Source: Macrostomum hystrix (taxonomy: Eukaryota; Animalia; Platyhelminthes). From it: a DNA stretch of 64,000 bases. Positions within the stretch are counted from its first letter, which is position 1; each line of letters starts with the position of its first letter. A model generated the notes under the pieces. The model had not been told where the DNA came from, made no database searches, and saw nothing but the letters and a program-made list of their open reading frames with translations. Below are positions 62,401 to 64,000 of this stretch, piece by piece. Location of the stretch: positions 5,890,001 through 5,954,000 of the forward strand of contig CATNEN010000034.1 in assembly GCA_950097015.1 (NCBI GenBank). Direction: 5' to 3'. The position numbers and the translations under genes are program-made.

Positions 62401-63734
62401 TGGCTTCCACCTGTTTGGAAATCATCTCGGCCTACACAGAGTCCCAGCTGCCGCAGGATTTTCTTCCCATCGTCTGCAACCGGCCGGCTGAGTTCGTTCG
62501 CCAGTTGCAGCAGGCCAACCAGAACGGCGTTCACGACTCCATCGACAAGATCATCATCGTGCCCTGCCTGCGCACCGCAATGTGCCGCGCCGTCAGCGAG
62601 GCTCTCGTCGAGTCCACAGCCTGTCAGGCGCTGCTCCGACGTTGCAGCCGCCGGCACCGGCGAAGAATCCTTCGAGCCGAACGGCGTCGGCCAGACAGTC
62701 GGCTCCATGCTGCGATGACGGCTGCGGACCAGTCGCCGCTGCCGCGGGCAAAAAAGGCTGACGTCAATTGCAACGACTTAGAGGAGGACGATGAAGAGGC
62801 GCAGCAGCAGCAGCGTCCAGCGGCGACGGAGGCGGATTCAGAGGCCGCCACTACAATCGCCGCCGAGGACTCCGGCATGGACGTTGACGCGGACTGCGAC
62901 TCCAACGATGCCGAAGACATCGATGATGACACCGAGGATGGCTGGGAGTCGGCTTTGGCCGATCTGCAGCGTGTCACCGCCGTCGACACCATCACCAGCG
63001 ATGCCGGCAAGTCGTCGATGTCGCCGGATGAGCTCCGCTCGGCCCGCGAGCTGTGCGCCGCTCTTGTCCGATTTCGCGACCACCTCGACCGGCTCTTCTC
63101 CGGCGCCTCGGTGTCCTCATCTGGCAGCCTCGGCCAGGCGCTGCCGGCGGTTCGCGAACTGCCAGCCGTCCTGAGGCAGCCGGCTTCTTCCTCGTCGGCC
63201 CAGGCGTCTGATCCGGCAGTTGAAGCTCTGGCCGAGTTGGCTGGCGAACGCCTTCTGTCTGTTTATCGCAGTCCCGATAAAGTCTGGCGCCTGGCCCAGC
63301 TGGCCGCGTTCCTTCAGCCGCGCCTGCCGCTGCCATCGGAGTCGGATCGGCGCTCGGCGGTGGCTCAGCTGGTTGAGAAACAGCTGGCCGAGGAGGCCGG
63401 GCACATCAGCCGGCGCAAGCGCAACTCGCTTGTGGTCCAGCAGAATCTGGACCAGGCCAGGAAGTCCGTGGAAGACGAGGCCAGACGCTATGAGGCCTTG
63501 CTGGTGAGCTCTGGCTCCGCGGCGCTGACTGGCTCGGCCACGGCCCAGTGGTGGTCGTCGACTGCGGACCGGCTGCCAACGCTGGCCAGCGAGGCGCGCC
63601 TTCTGCTGCACATCCCGGCCAGCTGCCTGCACGTCCAGTCGCCGCTGGGACTGGCCGAATTCTCGGCGAAGCGGGCCCGCCTGCCCGAGACTGAGCTCAA
63701 CGCCCTGCTGGCACTGCACCAGAGTCTGGCTTGA
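43624..63734 (+). CDS. ZBED-type protein: BED zinc finger, catalytically degenerate hAT transposase core and hAT C-terminal dimerisation domain (putative domesticated transposase), 4 exons, ~1059 aa
   Basis: join(43624-44463, 46887-47579, 60291-60584, 62382-63734); all GT-AG phase-0 introns; 3180 nt. The hAT motif order is continuous across the splice junctions (…DLLPADTLYQPGFL|RLVQSLSPRCEPPNRQRL…). Confidence 0.82.
46887..47579 (+). CDS. ZBED-like gene exon 2: polyQ/polyA region, NLS-like PKRAKRK, start of the hAT N-terminal dimerisation region
   Basis: Acceptor cttctttttccctcAG and donor CTG|gtaagc. ERFVHFLARDLLPADTLYQPGF matches the hAT pattern I..FI..D..P...V...GF. Confidence 0.8.
59745..60200. 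repeat. Intronic minisatellite, 22-bp unit CTATCTAGTCACTCTTGTCATT, ~20 copies
   Basis: Directly visible tandem array ending about 90 bp before the exon 3 acceptor. Confidence 0.95.
60291..60584 (+). CDS. ZBED-like gene exon 3: start of the hAT RNase H-like core
   Basis: Acceptor ttctccctgcacAG and donor CCG|gtgcgt. LSPRCEPPNRQRLLDQLLP...VKAAL...AFSAEVWCNRAGVRLLTLRAF corresponds to hAT L.P.Y..PSR..L...LLP...SLTTD.WTS....YL.VTAH. Confidence 0.8.
60615..60823. repeat. Intronic minisatellite, 32-bp unit CTGAATCTGTTTGACTTATCTTGTCCACCTGT, ~6.5 copies
   Basis: Directly visible tandem array starting about 30 bp after the exon 3 donor. Confidence 0.93.
62382..63734 (+). CDS. ZBED-like gene exon 4: degenerate hAT core and C-terminal dimerisation domain
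   Basis: Acceptor gcatttggcAG. IVCNRPAEF (for VTDNA.N), VPCLRTAM (for CxxH), DGWES (for TRWNS), then WWSSTADRLPTLASEARLLLHIPASC...KRARL (hATC-type). Stop TGA at 63732-63734. Confidence 0.82.
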   Translation, partial: LPNLDLLASTCLEIISAYTESQLPQDFLPIVCNRPAEFVRQLQQANQNGVHDSIDKIIIVPCLRTAMCRAVSEALVESTACQALLRRCSRRHRRRILRAERRRPDSRLHAAMTAADQSPLPRAKKADVNCNDLEEDDEEAQQQQRPAATEADSEAATTIAAEDSGMDVDADCDSNDAEDIDDDTEDGWESALADLQRVTAVDTITSDAGKSSMSPDELRSARELCAALVRFRDHLDRLFSGASVSSSGSLGQALPAVRELPAVLRQPASSSSAQASDPAVEALAELAGERLLSVYRSPDKVWRLAQLAAFLQPRLPLPSESDRRSAVAQLVEKQLAEEAGHISRRKRNSLVVQQNLDQARKSVEDEARRYEALLVSSGSAALTGSATAQWWSSTADRLPTLASEARLLLHIPASCLHVQSPLGLAEFSAKRARLPETELNALLALHQSLA

Positions 63735-64000
63735 GCGCACTGGTATAGTGACATTGCCTTGTTAGTAGTCATGTGCGGGCATGACTTTACTTTAATAGGT
63801 CAGCCTCCGTCTATCTTGTTATATTTTTAGAAAAAATCCATTTTTAGATAATCCAGTTCAGTCTTAGCTAATCTAGTTTAAGATATCTAGTTGTATCTAG
63901 GCAAATCTAGCTAGGCTACTCCCAGTGGATAACTGCATAGCAAGTAGGTGCTCTCAGTTGCCGTCCAAAAATCAAGCCCAAACAGAGCATTCTATCGCTA

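Noticed and set aside
62364-63734. 456-aa ORF as an independent or active hAT transposase starting at Met 62364
   Set aside because: It lacks the BED finger and first core motifs, which are supplied by upstream exons through the acceptor at 62380-62381; catalytic residues are absent.

Overview
Eukaryotic (metazoan) genomic DNA with GT-AG introns, GC-rich CAG/GCC-rich exons and about 21 different minisatellite arrays that cover roughly a quarter of the window. The style resembles a free-living flatworm such as Macrostomum; this is an inference. All five coding loci lie on the + strand. (1) A terminal exon of a nuclear receptor with an ERR/FTZ-F1-like C-terminal extension and a divergent ligand-binding domain (4841-6228); its DNA-binding exons are not in the window. 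(2) An unassigned terminal exon (12050-12823). (3) A complete 13-exon serotonin-transporter-like SLC6 gene (21196-30862, 646 aa). (4) An inward-rectifier K+ channel gene (about 34792-37352). (5) A 4-exon, 20-kb gene (43624-63734, about 1059 aa) encoding a BED zinc finger, a degenerate hAT transposase core and a hAT C-terminal dimerisation domain. All DDE residues appear substituted, so this looks like a domesticated ZBED-type gene; it is the most interesting feature here. Also present: a truncated mariner element with a fold-back structure, a TA-flanked MITE candidate, a possible decayed transposase remnant and a 5-kb 18-bp satellite with higher-order repeats. No rRNA, tRNA or CRISPR is supported. 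Most ORFs in the supplied track are artefacts of repeats or antisense GC-rich coding sequence. All exon boundaries were read by hand.
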